Below are positions 1-9,351 of a stretch of DNA of 64,000 bases, piece after piece. The DNA lies in the IMG/VR virus record IMGVR_UViG_3300018080_000012; one strand, 5' to 3'. Each line of letters starts with the position of its first letter. Position 1 is the stretch's first letter. The position numbers and the translations under genes are program-made. Under the pieces are notes generated by a model, which did no database searches, was not told the origin of the DNA, and saw only the letters and a program-made list of their open reading frames with translations. Source of the stretch: an uncultured virus (IMG/VR IMGVR_UViG_3300018080_000012) (lineage: Duplodnaviria; Heunggongvirae; Uroviricota; Caudoviricetes).

Positions 1-450
1 ATTTTTTTTTTTTTTATAAACTTTTCGAACAATCTCTCCAAATTCCTGTCTTATTGTATTCTTTGATACATTCTATAATCCAATCAACTTGAAATTTATT
101 TAAATAAACAAAATCTTTTTTAAAAATAGATATTCTTCTTGAATCGTCTAAAACATCTTTTAAATGAATTCTTAAATCTCCATTTACTTTTTTATATAAA
201 TTTTCAATCCATTTTGTTGGAAACTTTGCATTCATGGTACCATAAATATTTATATCATATTTAACATTTTTAAATAGATTCATTTTTATCAATCATTTTA
301 ATTATATCTTTTTTATTTATTTCAATCAAAAACGATTTATTAATTAATACTTTAAAATCTTTATATACTCCTACTCCCATTAATATACCCAACTCTTTTT
401 GCTTCCTATAAAAAATTTCTAATTTTACTCCTATTTTTAATTTCATAAAC

Positions 451-478
451 AAAAAAAGGCGCTTTGAGAAGCGCCTTC
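451..478 (-). terminator. Intrinsic terminator after DUF932-like gene
   Basis: Minus strand AAGGCGCTT-CTC-AAAGCGCCTT hairpin followed by a T-run, just downstream of the stop at 487. Confidence 0.8.
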
Positions 479-486
479 CCTTTAAC

Positions 487-1320
487 TTATCTTCTGATCT
501 TTTTTGATTTTACAAGAACATTTAGAATTTTCAAAGAATCAGCTAATATAGAGGGATATATTATACCTGCCGATATCTCTCTATTTCTTAAATACTGAGT
601 TACAGCTCCATAAATTCCCAAGAGAGTAAGCGAATAGTCTGTAGAAAGAATATCGCTAATATTTTTAGATACTCTTTTTCCAAATTTCATTCTCTCAAAA
701 ATACTTACTAATTCTTTTTCGTTAACTCTTTCATTAGATAAATTTGAAAGAACATCAAGATGTTGCTTGAATACAACGTCATATTTAAGTAAGCTTTTCA
801 TTATCATATCTTTAACGATCTTAGGCTCTCTGTTTCCTGCATGTACGATTCTAAACATCTCGACGCTTTCCATAAAAACACCTGCTCCATTCTCGCATAT
901 AAGTCTCCAAGCTCCAAAAAGCATTTTTAAAGATGATCTACGATTGTAAGAATTAACAAAGACAACTCTTTTCTTGTAAACTTCATCTTTCTTATTTCCG
1001 GGTATTTTGTAATCATCTTTAGAAAGACAATCAACAACAGTTGTCTCTCCTTCTTTATTGAGACTGTAACGATTGATAAGATAGTTATTCTTCGAAGAAG
1101 TAATAACTTCAAGCGGAACTGAAAAACATCTTTTATTGTCTAAAAGATTGTATCTGTCAGTCACTATGCTTAAAGGTTTATTGATATCTTTCCGAATAAC
1201 AGTTTTATGATTGTCGATCTTTCTCCCATCAGCAAGAAACACATCTTGAAGCTCTACTGGAAAGTTGATTTTCTTTAGTACTTCATTTGCAGTTAACTCT
1301 TTCATAATTTTAACCTCCAT
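487..1320 (-). CDS. DUF932/DUF945-family protein
   Basis: VIRKD..KPLSIVTDRY.LLDN and VNSYN...LKMLFGAWRLICENG motifs; start may be the second Met (MKELTA, 1305). Confidence 0.7.
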   Translation of the reverse strand: MEVKIMKELTANEVLKKINFPVELQDVFLADGRKIDNHKTVIRKDINKPLSIVTDRYNLLDNKRCFSVPLEVITSSKNNYLINRYSLNKEGETTVVDCLSKDDYKIPGNKKDEVYKKRVVFVNSYNRRSSLKMLFGAWRLICENGAGVFMESVEMFRIVHAGNREPKIVKDMIMKSLLKYDVVFKQHLDVLSNLSNERVNEKELVSIFERMKFGKRVSKNISDILSTDYSLTLLGIYGAVTQYLRNREISAGIIYPSILADSLKILNVLVKSKKIRR

Positions 1321-1336
1321 AAAAAATTTAAAAGGA

Positions 1337-1492
1337 TTATTTACAAAGTATGAAATTTCTACAATTAAAAGTATTAATTAAAGTTTCTCTTACTTTAAAA
1401 AACTTTCTAGCTTTTACATAGATCTTGCCATTGCGATAAATTGCAACAGTCTCTCCATTCTTTGTTTTCATAACATTTTCAATTTTTTCCAT
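1337..1492 (-). CDS. Small hypothetical protein (51 aa), not in ORF track
   Basis: MEKIENVMKTKNG...FILCK*, with AAGGAG SD, directly after a class-I promoter copy. Confidence 0.6.
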   Translation of the reverse strand: MEKIENVMKTKNGETVAIYRNGKIYVKARKFFKVRETLINTFNCRNFILCK

Positions 1493-1509
1493 ACTTTTTT
1501 TTCTCCTTT

Positions 1510-1546
1510 ATTGTTATAATACTCGAAAAGAAGCAAAAAGTTAACT
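1510..1546 (-). promoter_or_regulatory. Putative class-I (early-type) promoter, divergent copy
   Basis: GTTAACT-N17-TATTATAA, same boxes and spacing as copies at ~38357 and ~57912. Confidence 0.6.
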
Positions 1547-1548
1547 GC

Positions 1549-2934
1549 TTATTTATTCATAAATTCATTTTTAGCTATATTGATTGTCTCTTGATTTAGC
1601 ATCATTATATTAAATTTAGGATGCAATATTATAGGTCTTTTTATTTTTTCAAAATCTCTACATTTCAATATCCATAATTTCATTATATCTTGAAGAGAAT
1701 CATCTATTGATTGATGTAATGCTACGATAACGGGTGAAACTTCTGAAATAACTCTAGAGTATTTAAGATGTTTTGTTTCTAATTTTTTTGCAGAAGATCC
1801 TTCATCTGTTATTTGATTCGCAGTCCATATAGGTATCCCAATTCCGTTAAATTCCATAGATAAATTTTTCAAATCCCATGCTATTTCTCCTTGTTGCTTC
1901 CAGTCTCTCTTATCTCTTCCACTTTCGTTCGAGCTCATAAGATTAAGATAATCGACAATTATAAGATCTATCTGTGCATTTTTTCTAGATTGTAATTTCA
2001 TAGACTCTTCTTCTATTTCTAAAGCGCAACATCCTCTAGATAAACATAAAACTTCTAAAAAATTCTTTCTTTTCTCTCTTAGTCTCTTTACTTTTATATC
2101 CCATATTTTCAAATCTTTTTCATCTAAAGTAGCTTTTCTAAATTTCGTATGCATTATTTTAGAAATTCTACTATCTATTCTAAATTGTATCTGATGCTTT
2201 GTCATTTCTAAAGATACTATTAAAACATTATATCCTCTAAGCCAAGCATTCGTCGCAAAATTACCTAACGCAACAGACTTTCCCATACCCGTAGCTGCAA
2301 TAACAACTCCGAATTCTCCTCTCATAATGCCACCAGATAGCTCATCAAATTCTTTTATTCCTGTTGGAACTCCGACCAGCATTTTAGGATTTTCTTTTCT
2401 ATCAACTATCAATTGCTTTCTTTCTTCAAAATCTTCTAAAAAATCTCCTGAATATCTAGTATTTTTAGAATAATCACTATATATACTTCGATGTAATATC
2501 CTTTTTGCTTTTTCTACTGAAAATTTATCTATATCTGTAATTACTTTTCTCACTCCATTTATAATATTTCTTGCTTCTTGAAGCTCTTTTAATTTACTTA
2601 TTAAAACTTCGACTGAATGTCTATTTACTTGAGATATATCTTCATCATATATTTTTATTATATATGTCTTGTAAATATCTCTTCTATTCTCATCGACAAC
2701 ATTTTTAATAAACTTATAAATTATATCTTTAGAAAAAGTCATTCTATTTTTTTTTATTATTTCAAAAATTACTTTGAAAGGCTCTATTGTAAAATATTCT
2801 TTTGTAAAAGAAAAAACGATATTATAGTCTTTTCTTAATGCATACGATATTACTTGTATTTCTAACTTTAAATCCCTAAATTTTTTTTCAATTGTATTGT
2901 CAATTTCAGCTTCAAAAGCATCGTCCATCGTCAA
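1549..2934 (-). CDS. DnaB-like replicative helicase
   Basis: GVPTG..EFD, Walker A AATGMGKS, SLEM, IIVDYLNLM, WTANQ. Confidence 0.92.
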   Translation of the reverse strand: MTMDDAFEAEIDNTIEKKFRDLKLEIQVISYALRKDYNIVFSFTKEYFTIEPFKVIFEIIKKNRMTFSKDIIYKFIKNVVDENRRDIYKTYIIKIYDEDISQVNRHSVEVLISKLKELQEARNIINGVRKVITDIDKFSVEKAKRILHRSIYSDYSKNTRYSGDFLEDFEERKQLIVDRKENPKMLVGVPTGIKEFDELSGGIMRGEFGVVIAATGMGKSVALGNFATNAWLRGYNVLIVSLEMTKHQIQFRIDSRISKIMHTKFRKATLDEKDLKIWDIKVKRLREKRKNFLEVLCLSRGCCALEIEEESMKLQSRKNAQIDLIIVDYLNLMSSNESGRDKRDWKQQGEIAWDLKNLSMEFNGIGIPIWTANQITDEGSSAKKLETKHLKYSRVISEVSPVIVALHQSIDDSLQDIMKLWILKCRDFEKIKRPIILHPKFNIMMLNQETINIAKNEFMNK

Positions 2935-2939
2935 GCCTC

Positions 2940-3761
2940 CTAAAATAATTGATCGAATTCTTTTTCATTAGCAATAATTGTTTTTTCATGAAAAATTGAA
3001 GCATTTCTTAATATGTTTTCTGAAAAATAATTCGATTTGTCTCTTTTAAGTCTATCCATCCACTTTTCTTGTAAATTATCACTGTAATCTGTACCTGTCA
3101 TTGGAACTATTTTTATATATCTTTTTATCAATGATAGAATTTTAAATTTTTCTTCAAGCTCTTCTTCTCCAGACATATTTGTCGCCATAACAATAGACTT
3201 TTTGTTTGGAAGAAGTTCTCTTAAAAGATTTTCTATTTGCTTGGGTATATTGCTATTTTCTCTCATAACGACTTTATCTAATTCGTCAATTATTATCATA
3301 TCAGAATTTTTTATTCTTTGAATAATATTTTTATCTTCACTAAATTTATCGTCTACTATACTTTGCGCTATTTGATAGTAGACAGAATATCTTTTTATTA
3401 CTGCTGATTTTGCAACTTCACATGCTAACGAAGTTTTCCCTATACCTCTTTGTTCTCCCATTAAAATTAATCCTAGACCATTTAAAACTGCATTATCTAT
3501 ATTTAATACGAACTCTTCAATTATTTTTTTATATGTGATATCTACCTTAAGAGATTTCAAATCAAGATCCCAATAATCAGCTGGAATATTTGATTTGTAA
3601 AGTTCTTTAAGATAATTAAATATTTTCATACAATCGCAACATTCTACTTTTCCATTTATAAAATCGTATCCTACTCCTTTACACTTTTTATGAGACTCTA
3701 CAATATTTTTCTTAAGCCATAATAGAAATCTCAAATCTTTATTGTTATATTCGTATTCCAT
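2940..3761 (-). CDS. DnaC/IstB-like AAA+ helicase loader
   Basis: N-terminal H..C.G.G...C.C Zn motif, Walker A GIGKT, Walker B IIIDEL, sensor ATN; adjacent to helicase. Confidence 0.85.
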   Translation of the reverse strand: MEYEYNNKDLRFLLWLKKNIVESHKKCKGVGYDFINGKVECCDCMKIFNYLKELYKSNIPADYWDLDLKSLKVDITYKKIIEEFVLNIDNAVLNGLGLILMGEQRGIGKTSLACEVAKSAVIKRYSVYYQIAQSIVDDKFSEDKNIIQRIKNSDMIIIDELDKVVMRENSNIPKQIENLLRELLPNKKSIVMATNMSGEEELEEKFKILSLIKRYIKIVPMTGTDYSDNLQEKWMDRLKRDKSNYFSENILRNASIFHEKTIIANEKEFDQLF

Positions 3762-4582
3762 TAGAAATTCAACCTCATATCTTTATTTTGCGAAATTATT
3801 AAACCTTCATCAATAGATTTATCTATAAACTCTTTATCTGAATCTGAAAATTTATATTCTCTTTTATTTTTTTTAGCATCTTCAATATTTCTAAACAATT
3901 CAATAAGCATTTCTTTTTTCATTTTCAAAAGTCTTTCTTTTGATTTAGAACTATCTTTACTTTTTGATATATTTCTTTTATTTTTTATCTTGTACTCTTC
4001 TATAATAGGAATGCAAGCTATTATTCCAATATTCAATCCTGAAATTTTATTTGATTTATTCTTCAACCACCAGTCTAAATAATCTTCAATAGAATCTACA
4101 TTCTTCAAAAGTGTTTTTACATGCATAATTTCTCTTTTTCCAAACTTAAATTTTCTACTTCTATAATATTTATTATTATATCTCTGATAATCAAGAGCTC
4201 TCTTAATAATATTATAATATATATCTTTATACTTAGAATATTTATATAAGTTATTAGTATCTTTATTATTTATATATAGTTTAATATATATATTATTATA
4301 CGATGGTAAAGTTTCTTTACCTATCTTGTTATTTTTTACGTAAAGAGATTTTTTTCCATTTTCTATAACTATTTTTATATCAATAAATTGACTTTTTTTA
4401 AGCTTTTTTAGATATTCTATAACAACAGGCTTAGATACGTTTAAGGTTTCGGTAAAGTTTCTTAACCGAAACATTTTGAATTTTCCTTTTGATTTAGATT
4501 TAATATAACAGAAGATAGAAAATGCAGTAGTTCCTATCACTTTTATACTTTTTTCTATCAAAAAATCATTAATTTGAACCAT
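3761..4582 (-). CDS. Putative replication initiator (N-terminal winged HTH)
   Basis: HTH-like TLNVSKPVVIEYLKKL, N/Y/K-rich linker, position upstream of loader and helicase. Confidence 0.65.
   Translation of the reverse strand: MVQINDFLIEKSIKVIGTTAFSIFCYIKSKSKGKFKMFRLRNFTETLNVSKPVVIEYLKKLKKSQFIDIKIVIENGKKSLYVKNNKIGKETLPSYNNIYIKLYINNKDTNNLYKYSKYKDIYYNIIKRALDYQRYNNKYYRSRKFKFGKREIMHVKTLLKNVDSIEDYLDWWLKNKSNKISGLNIGIIACIPIIEEYKIKNKRNISKSKDSSKSKERLLKMKKEMLIELFRNIEDAKKNKREYKFSDSDKEFIDKSIDEGLIISQNKDMRLNF
4305..4467. repeat. Two palindromic 17-mers GGTAAAGTTTCTT(T/A)ACC, candidate origin sites
   Basis: Copies at 4305-4321 and 4451-4467 inside the initiator gene, next to a very AT-rich tract (~4200-4300). 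Confidence 0.5.
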
Positions 4583-4589
4583 ATTTCCC

Positions 4590-4778
4590 TTACTTTTCTA
4601 TAAATATTTTATTGTAATTTTTAATATTTTTTTCAATAGATTCTCTTACAAACTTAGCTAATGTAATATCTCTTTTAGCACATATTACTCTTGCTTGCAT
4701 TTTCAATTTTTTTGGAAACATAAACGGATAGAGTTTCTTTATATCGCTTTCGGGCTTTTCAATATAATGAGTTTCCAT
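4590..4778 (-). CDS. Ribbon-helix-helix type DNA-binding protein
   Basis: YPFMFPKKLK..AR..CAKRDITLAKFVRESIE pattern; first gene of replication operon. Confidence 0.6.
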   Translation of the reverse strand: METHYIEKPESDIKKLYPFMFPKKLKMQARVICAKRDITLAKFVRESIEKNIKNYNKIFIEK

Positions 4779-4808
4779 ACTCCCTCCTTTTTAGTTCATT
4801 TATATAAA

Positions 4809-4837
4809 TTATATACACATATTTTAGTTTATAAACA
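4809..4837 (-). promoter_or_regulatory. Putative promoter of replication operon
   Basis: TTTATA-N16-TATAAT between the upstream terminator and the SD of 4778. Confidence 0.45.
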
Positions 4838-4850
4838 AAAAATTTTTTTA

Positions 4851-4892
4851 AAAAAGAAGACGTCCTTGCAATTAAGCAAAAGACGCCTTCTT
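4851..4892 (-). terminator. Intrinsic terminator ending structural/lysis operon
   Basis: AAGAAGGCGTCTTTTGC-TTAATT-GCAAGGACGTCTTCTT plus T-run. Confidence 0.8.
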
Positions 4893-4921
4893 AAAGGATG
4901 AAACTATGAAAGAGTAGAGTG

Positions 4922-5590
4922 TTATTTTATTCTTATTTTTTGTCCTATATATATAAAATCGGGATTTTTTATACCATTCAATTTAGATAATTCCATCGTT
5001 GTCGTTCCTAATGAATTAGCAATTTTAGTTAACGTGTCTCCAGATTTCACAACATACACTGAATCTTCTTTTATTATATTGTTTTCATTTATTATTTTAT
5101 TGAATTCTTTTTCATATTTTAAAACATTATCAACATATTTTTGATTATTATAAACTTCATTTTCGTCTTTAATACCATCTTTATCCAGATCTTTAAATCT
5201 ATTGTTTCCTTGATTATAAGCTGCAATTGCATCTGTTTCGCTTCCTTTATATCTGTTTAATAGTTTAATAAAAAATTTACAGCAATAATAAAGATTTATT
5301 ATTGGATCTACTAAATCGTCTCTATATCCTCTATATCCAATTTCACGAGCTGTTTGTCCCATCAGTTGCATTAATCCCCAACTTGTTGCTCTCCATGTTT
5401 TCTCTTCTTGAGGAATATTAAATTTTTCAACATATTTTTTATAGAATGCAGGCTCATATCTTTTTGCTTTTTCTTCAAATCTACTCTCTTGATAACAAAA
5501 TGCACATATTAATTCTTGTGACATATTCCATCTTTCTGACATAAGTTCAATTTGATTCTTATACTTTTTATATCCTTCTTTCTTATCCAT
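4922..5590 (-). CDS. Endolysin: SLT lytic transglycosylase plus C-terminal LysM
   Basis: QES catalytic motif, GLMQL, AAYNQG; LysM YVVKSGDTLTKIA...LNGIKNPDFIYIGQKI. Confidence 0.9.
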   Translation of the reverse strand: MDKKEGYKKYKNQIELMSERWNMSQELICAFCYQESRFEEKAKRYEPAFYKKYVEKFNIPQEEKTWRATSWGLMQLMGQTAREIGYRGYRDDLVDPIINLYYCCKFFIKLLNRYKGSETDAIAAYNQGNNRFKDLDKDGIKDENEVYNNQKYVDNVLKYEKEFNKIINENNIIKEDSVYVVKSGDTLTKIANSLGTTTMELSKLNGIKNPDFIYIGQKIRIK

Positions 5591-5603
5591 AAGATCCTCC
5601 TTT

Positions 5604-6440
5604 CTAACTTTTCAAATATTGAATTTTACCTTTATTCATTTTAAGAATTAATTCGAATTCATTATTAAAATGAGTTTTCGTAAGTCCAAACATACACGGA
5701 TATGTGTTTTCAACATTCCATCTACTCCCATCTTTTTCGAATTTCTTAATGAATTCTTTGTCCCATCTTTTTTTATTTAATTTAGAAAATAATCTTGGAA
5801 ATTCTTGAATTTGTTCTATATCTTTTCTCCATTTTTGATAAACAACTGCAACTCCTACTGAACATACTTTTCTTTTAGATCCTAAATCGAACCATTTTAC
5901 TTTTTCATCATAAGGATATCCAAGCGTCTGATTTACAAGAATATTCATAAGCTGGCCATAATCATAATCAGTTAATAAAATAGGAAGTGTTGCTAAAAGT
6001 ATTCTTTCAATATCATTTTCGTCGAGTTCTTTATTTTTATATCTGTAAATAGTTATATCATCTAAAGCGTATTCTTCTGTAGGGATATATAATGCTTTTG
6101 GAGGCTCTACAGAAAAAGTCTTCGCGTATTTTTCTTTTGAAAATATTTGTATTACTTTATCTTTATCTTTATCAGAAACTTTAACATTATTCAATATGCA
6201 TTTCACTATAGTCTCTTTTTTAAATTTAACCATAGAATGAGTATCATCATTAGGTGTAAATTTAAAACCATTTGATAATGTTATTTTTGCATCTTTAAAT
6301 AATTTTTTTTGAGCACGTCTTATTCCCCATCCTGCGATTACTATATGTAGCTTCCAGAAAGCAGGATGATTTGAAATATTAATAACATCTCCTTCTTTTG
6401 AATGTTTTTCAATAATTTTTGCTGCTTCAAATTTGTTCAT
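5604..6440 (-). CDS. Permuted papain-like (NlpC/P60, YiiX/YebB-like) amidase
   Basis: GDVI, early His (DTHS), YDY motif, late Cys (KVCS). Confidence 0.55.
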   Translation of the reverse strand: MNKFEAAKIIEKHSKEGDVINISNHPAFWKLHIVIAGWGIRRAQKKLFKDAKITLSNGFKFTPNDDTHSMVKFKKETIVKCILNNVKVSDKDKDKVIQIFSKEKYAKTFSVEPPKALYIPTEEYALDDITIYRYKNKELDENDIERILLATLPILLTDYDYGQLMNILVNQTLGYPYDEKVKWFDLGSKRKVCSVGVAVVYQKWRKDIEQIQEFPRLFSKLNKKRWDKEFIKKFEKDGSRWNVENTYPCMFGLTKTHFNNEFELILKMNKGKIQYLKS

Positions 6441-6449
6441 AAAATCCTC

Positions 6450-6887
6450 CTAAAAAACTTTGCTTAATCCTACCTTAACTTTTATATTTACTTTTTCATT
6501 TGAATCTTTAAATATCTTTTTATATAATTGTTTTCCAGTATCAATTACATCTATATAACCACCTAACGAAAACTCTTTATCTCCTGAAACTTTAAAATCT
6601 TTTGATATTCCTAACATAACATCAAAGTCATTATTAACACCTACATCAATATTTATACCATCAAGAATTTTAATGTCAGTATCTGTTTCAAAAATTTCTA
6701 CACATCCACCAAATTTTTTTTCATTAGTTATTGGATCAATCCATGTCGTTGCTTTTATTTTCATCCCTGCTTTTTTAAAAGCTTTTTTATTGTTTTTTAA
6801 AAGTTCAACAACTTTACCATCTTCTTTAATTTGTCGTGTAATTTCTCGTTCAATATTTTTCTTATCTTTCTTAGAAATTTTAATCAT
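6450..6887 (-). CDS. Hypothetical protein in lysis region
   Basis: Overlaps holin-like gene; beta-strand-rich C-terminus ending VKVGLSKVF. Confidence 0.5.
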   Translation of the reverse strand: MIKISKKDKKNIEREITRQIKEDGKVVELLKNNKKAFKKAGMKIKATTWIDPITNEKKFGGCVEIFETDTDIKILDGINIDVGVNNDFDVMLGISKDFKVSGDKEFSLGGYIDVIDTGKQLYKKIFKDSNEKVNIKVKVGLSKVF

Positions 6888-7131
6888 CTTTATGTAACCA
6901 TTTTGAAATTTTATCTACAAAAAATTTATTTAAAACATTATGAAATGGATATGCAATAAGAACTATTGCATTTAAATAAACATACCATTTTCCAACAATT
7001 TTCACTGACTCAGTTTTAAATCGTAAAATAATATAAAATAAAAGTAACAATTCAAGAAAAGCAAAAACAAACCCATATATCCATTTTCTTTTACCAAATA
7101 TTTTATCTTGTGGTGCTTCTATTTTTTTCAT
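6880..7131 (-). CDS. Holin-like two-TM membrane protein
   Basis: GKRKW followed by two hydrophobic segments; near endolysin. Confidence 0.5.
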   Translation of the reverse strand: MKKIEAPQDKIFGKRKWIYGFVFAFLELLLLFYIILRFKTESVKIVGKWYVYLNAIVLIAYPFHNVLNKFFVDKISKWLHKDD

Positions 7132-7143
7132 ATGTATGCCTCA

Positions 7144-7368
7144 TTAAAAAACTAATGTTAACATAAAATTTAAAATAGAAAAATTTATCTTCTTAGTTGA
7201 TTTTTTGTCTTTTTTCTTTTCAACAAAATAACTAAAAGAAATAAAGTTGACACCAAATAAACATATTATAAGCTCAATACGATACAGCCACTTTAATCTA
7301 ATATTGATAAAATTGTATAATACTTTTAATTTGTAATCGTCCCATAAATTACTAAATGATATTTTCAT
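7144..7368 (-). CDS. Hypothetical protein
   Basis: 74-aa ORF with GGAGG SD. Confidence 0.45.
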   Translation of the reverse strand: MKISFSNLWDDYKLKVLYNFINIRLKWLYRIELIICLFGVNFISFSYFVEKKKDKKSTKKINFSILNFMLTLVF

Positions 7369-7383
7369 AATAAACCCTCCCTA

Positions 7384-7665
7384 CTATTTGTTTACCATTG
7401 CTATAACAATATTAACAATTAAAGTTATTGCAGACAATATAATAACAGCAACAGTAAAATAGCCTTTAATTGTTTCTTTCATATTATCAATTGACTGTCT
7501 ATTTAGTTTAATGGCAGTATCATGTCGATTAAGTGTGCTGTTGATTGCATCAATTTTATCTTCATGCTCTTTCTGTTTTTTCCGGACATCTTCAAAGTTA
7601 GCTTTTAAAACATAATCAATAGCATTACCAACATCTTTTCCATCAATTTTATTACCATTACTCAT
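7384..7665 (-). CDS. Coiled-coil plus C-terminal TM protein (holin/XhlA-like)
   Basis: Heptad region then a hydrophobic C-terminal helix; first gene of lysis region. Confidence 0.5.
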   Translation of the reverse strand: MSNGNKIDGKDVGNAIDYVLKANFEDVRKKQKEHEDKIDAINSTLNRHDTAIKLNRQSIDNMKETIKGYFTVAVIILSAITLIVNIVIAMVNK

Positions 7666-7691
7666 TGTTTTACTCCAAGATATAAATTGTA

Positions 7692-8348
7692 TTATTCATT
7701 TATTCTTATATAATGGTTCCCAGCTCCATTATCACTAATAGAAACAGCACTGCCACCTTGTGAAGTGCTTAACTTACATTCATTTTCAGAAACATTTATA
7801 ATATAATAGTCAGTATCTTCACTCAACCCAGCAGGAAGAGTATCATCGCTAAATACTTCTACTTTTGTATTTTCTGCTATAATATTATCTAATGTTAATT
7901 TATTAGTTGAATAATTTGTTATAAATGTGTTTGGATTTTCTTTTGCTAAAATCTGTAATTTCCTTTTAGCAATCAAAACGCCAACAGAAATAAGATAATC
8001 TAAAGAACCTTCAACGTCTGCATCACTTAAATCTACTTCAAGAACTGAATTGAAATCTTGAATTATAGTTTCTGCGATATCATCCGTTTTTGATTTTGTT
8101 ATAATTGAGGCTCTTTCAATAATAGTGAATAATTTTCTAAACGCCCATTTTGTCAATGGTTTGTTAATTAAAACTTCATTTTCGGGTGAAGTAAAATTCT
8201 GACCGTCATACGTCCATCTTTTACTTGGTTGTGGATCTTCATTAGTTATATCCACAATATTATCATAACCAAGACTTTCAGCAAATTCTAAAGAATCTGA
8301 TATAATTACATTTTCAACAATTCCATTATTTATTAAAGCTATTATCAT
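7692..8348 (-). CDS. Tail-fibre-associated protein
   Basis: ALINNGIVENVI...WTYDGQNF N-terminus and LPAGL...YYII module; follows Gly-rich fibre gene. Confidence 0.5.
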   Translation of the reverse strand: MIIALINNGIVENVIISDSLEFAESLGYDNIVDITNEDPQPSKRWTYDGQNFTSPENEVLINKPLTKWAFRKLFTIIERASIITKSKTDDIAETIIQDFNSVLEVDLSDADVEGSLDYLISVGVLIAKRKLQILAKENPNTFITNYSTNKLTLDNIIAENTKVEVFSDDTLPAGLSEDTDYYIINVSENECKLSTSQGGSAVSISDNGAGNHYIRINE

Positions 8349-8358
8349 AATTTTCTCC

Positions 8359-8988
8359 TTATCTTATAAATTCTATAATACATCCACCAGAACCACCATC
8401 GCCACCAGCAGCATTTTGGTTCACACCACCACCGCCAGCTCCACTATTAGCATCAGCATCATTTGCGGGTGAAGTTTCACTGCCATCAGCCCCGTCACCA
8501 TTAAATCCAGCAGCACCACCACCAGAATTGACAGTAAGGGCGCCACCATTATATAAATGCATCCCAGCACCATCATTTCCTTCAGAACCACCACCAGAAC
8601 CAAATACTATATTATTAATATTGTCTCCTTCAGTGTCAAGCGCACCACCTAATCTTCCGCCACCAATACCACCAGCCTGCGCTCCATCAGCAGTTATATA
8701 GGAACCAAAAGTACTATCATTACCTGCACTCGGCCCACCAGAAGAGCTACCAGCACCGCCTGCACCAACTACAACAGCTATAGTTTCTCCTGGAGTTACT
8801 GTTACTGATTCTCTGACAATCGCCATCCCTGAGCCTCCTCCTTCTGCGGACACATCATTATCTGCACCACCGCCGCCACCCCCCCATATAGTAACCCATA
8901 CTAGCGATACACCTGCTGGTACAATAAAATTGCCACTAGTTGTAAAATATATTGATTTTGATTTTCCTGGACTTAACCATTCTTTCAT
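8359..8988 (-). CDS. Glycine-rich tail fibre/receptor-binding domain protein
   Basis: FTTSGNFIVPAGV...GGGGGG...VTPGETI.V.VGAGG...GGSGGCIIE. Confidence 0.75.
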   Translation of the reverse strand: MKEWLSPGKSKSIYFTTSGNFIVPAGVSLVWVTIWGGGGGGADNDVSAEGGGSGMAIVRESVTVTPGETIAVVVGAGGAGSSSGGPSAGNDSTFGSYITADGAQAGGIGGGRLGGALDTEGDNINNIVFGSGGGSEGNDGAGMHLYNGGALTVNSGGGAAGFNGDGADGSETSPANDADANSGAGGGGVNQNAAGGDGGSGGCIIEFIR

Positions 8989-8999
8989 TTTATTTCCTC

Positions 9000-9338
9000 C
9001 TATACATCTCTTTCTAATCCAACAGCATTAAACGAAACATTTACTGTTGAAGCTCTTACTGTCAAATAGCTTATTGTTGAATTTAAAATAAGATCTTCAT
9101 AAGTTTTCGGATTATCCTGATCTATTTGAACATCATACGCAATATTCTCTTTAGCTAATAATCCTGCTTTTCCAGCCGTACTCAAATAAATCCGTACCAT
9201 TGCTGGAGTAGTCGACCTATTAGAAATTATTAACTTAAACTGAAATTCCTTATTTGCTCCAACTTGAAATACATCTTCATCAACTCCAGCACCAGGAGTC
9301 GTTGAATCTAATTGATAAACTTTTGCTTCAACTGACAT
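9000..9338 (-). CDS. Tail-associated beta-sandwich protein
   Basis: Beta-rich 112-aa ORF within fibre cluster. Confidence 0.5.
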   Translation of the reverse strand: MSVEAKVYQLDSTTPGAGVDEDVFQVGANKEFQFKLIISNRSTTPAMVRIYLSTAGKAGLLAKENIAYDVQIDQDNPKTYEDLILNSTISYLTVRASTVNVSFNAVGLERDV

Positions 9339-9351
9339 TTCTTACCTCCTT

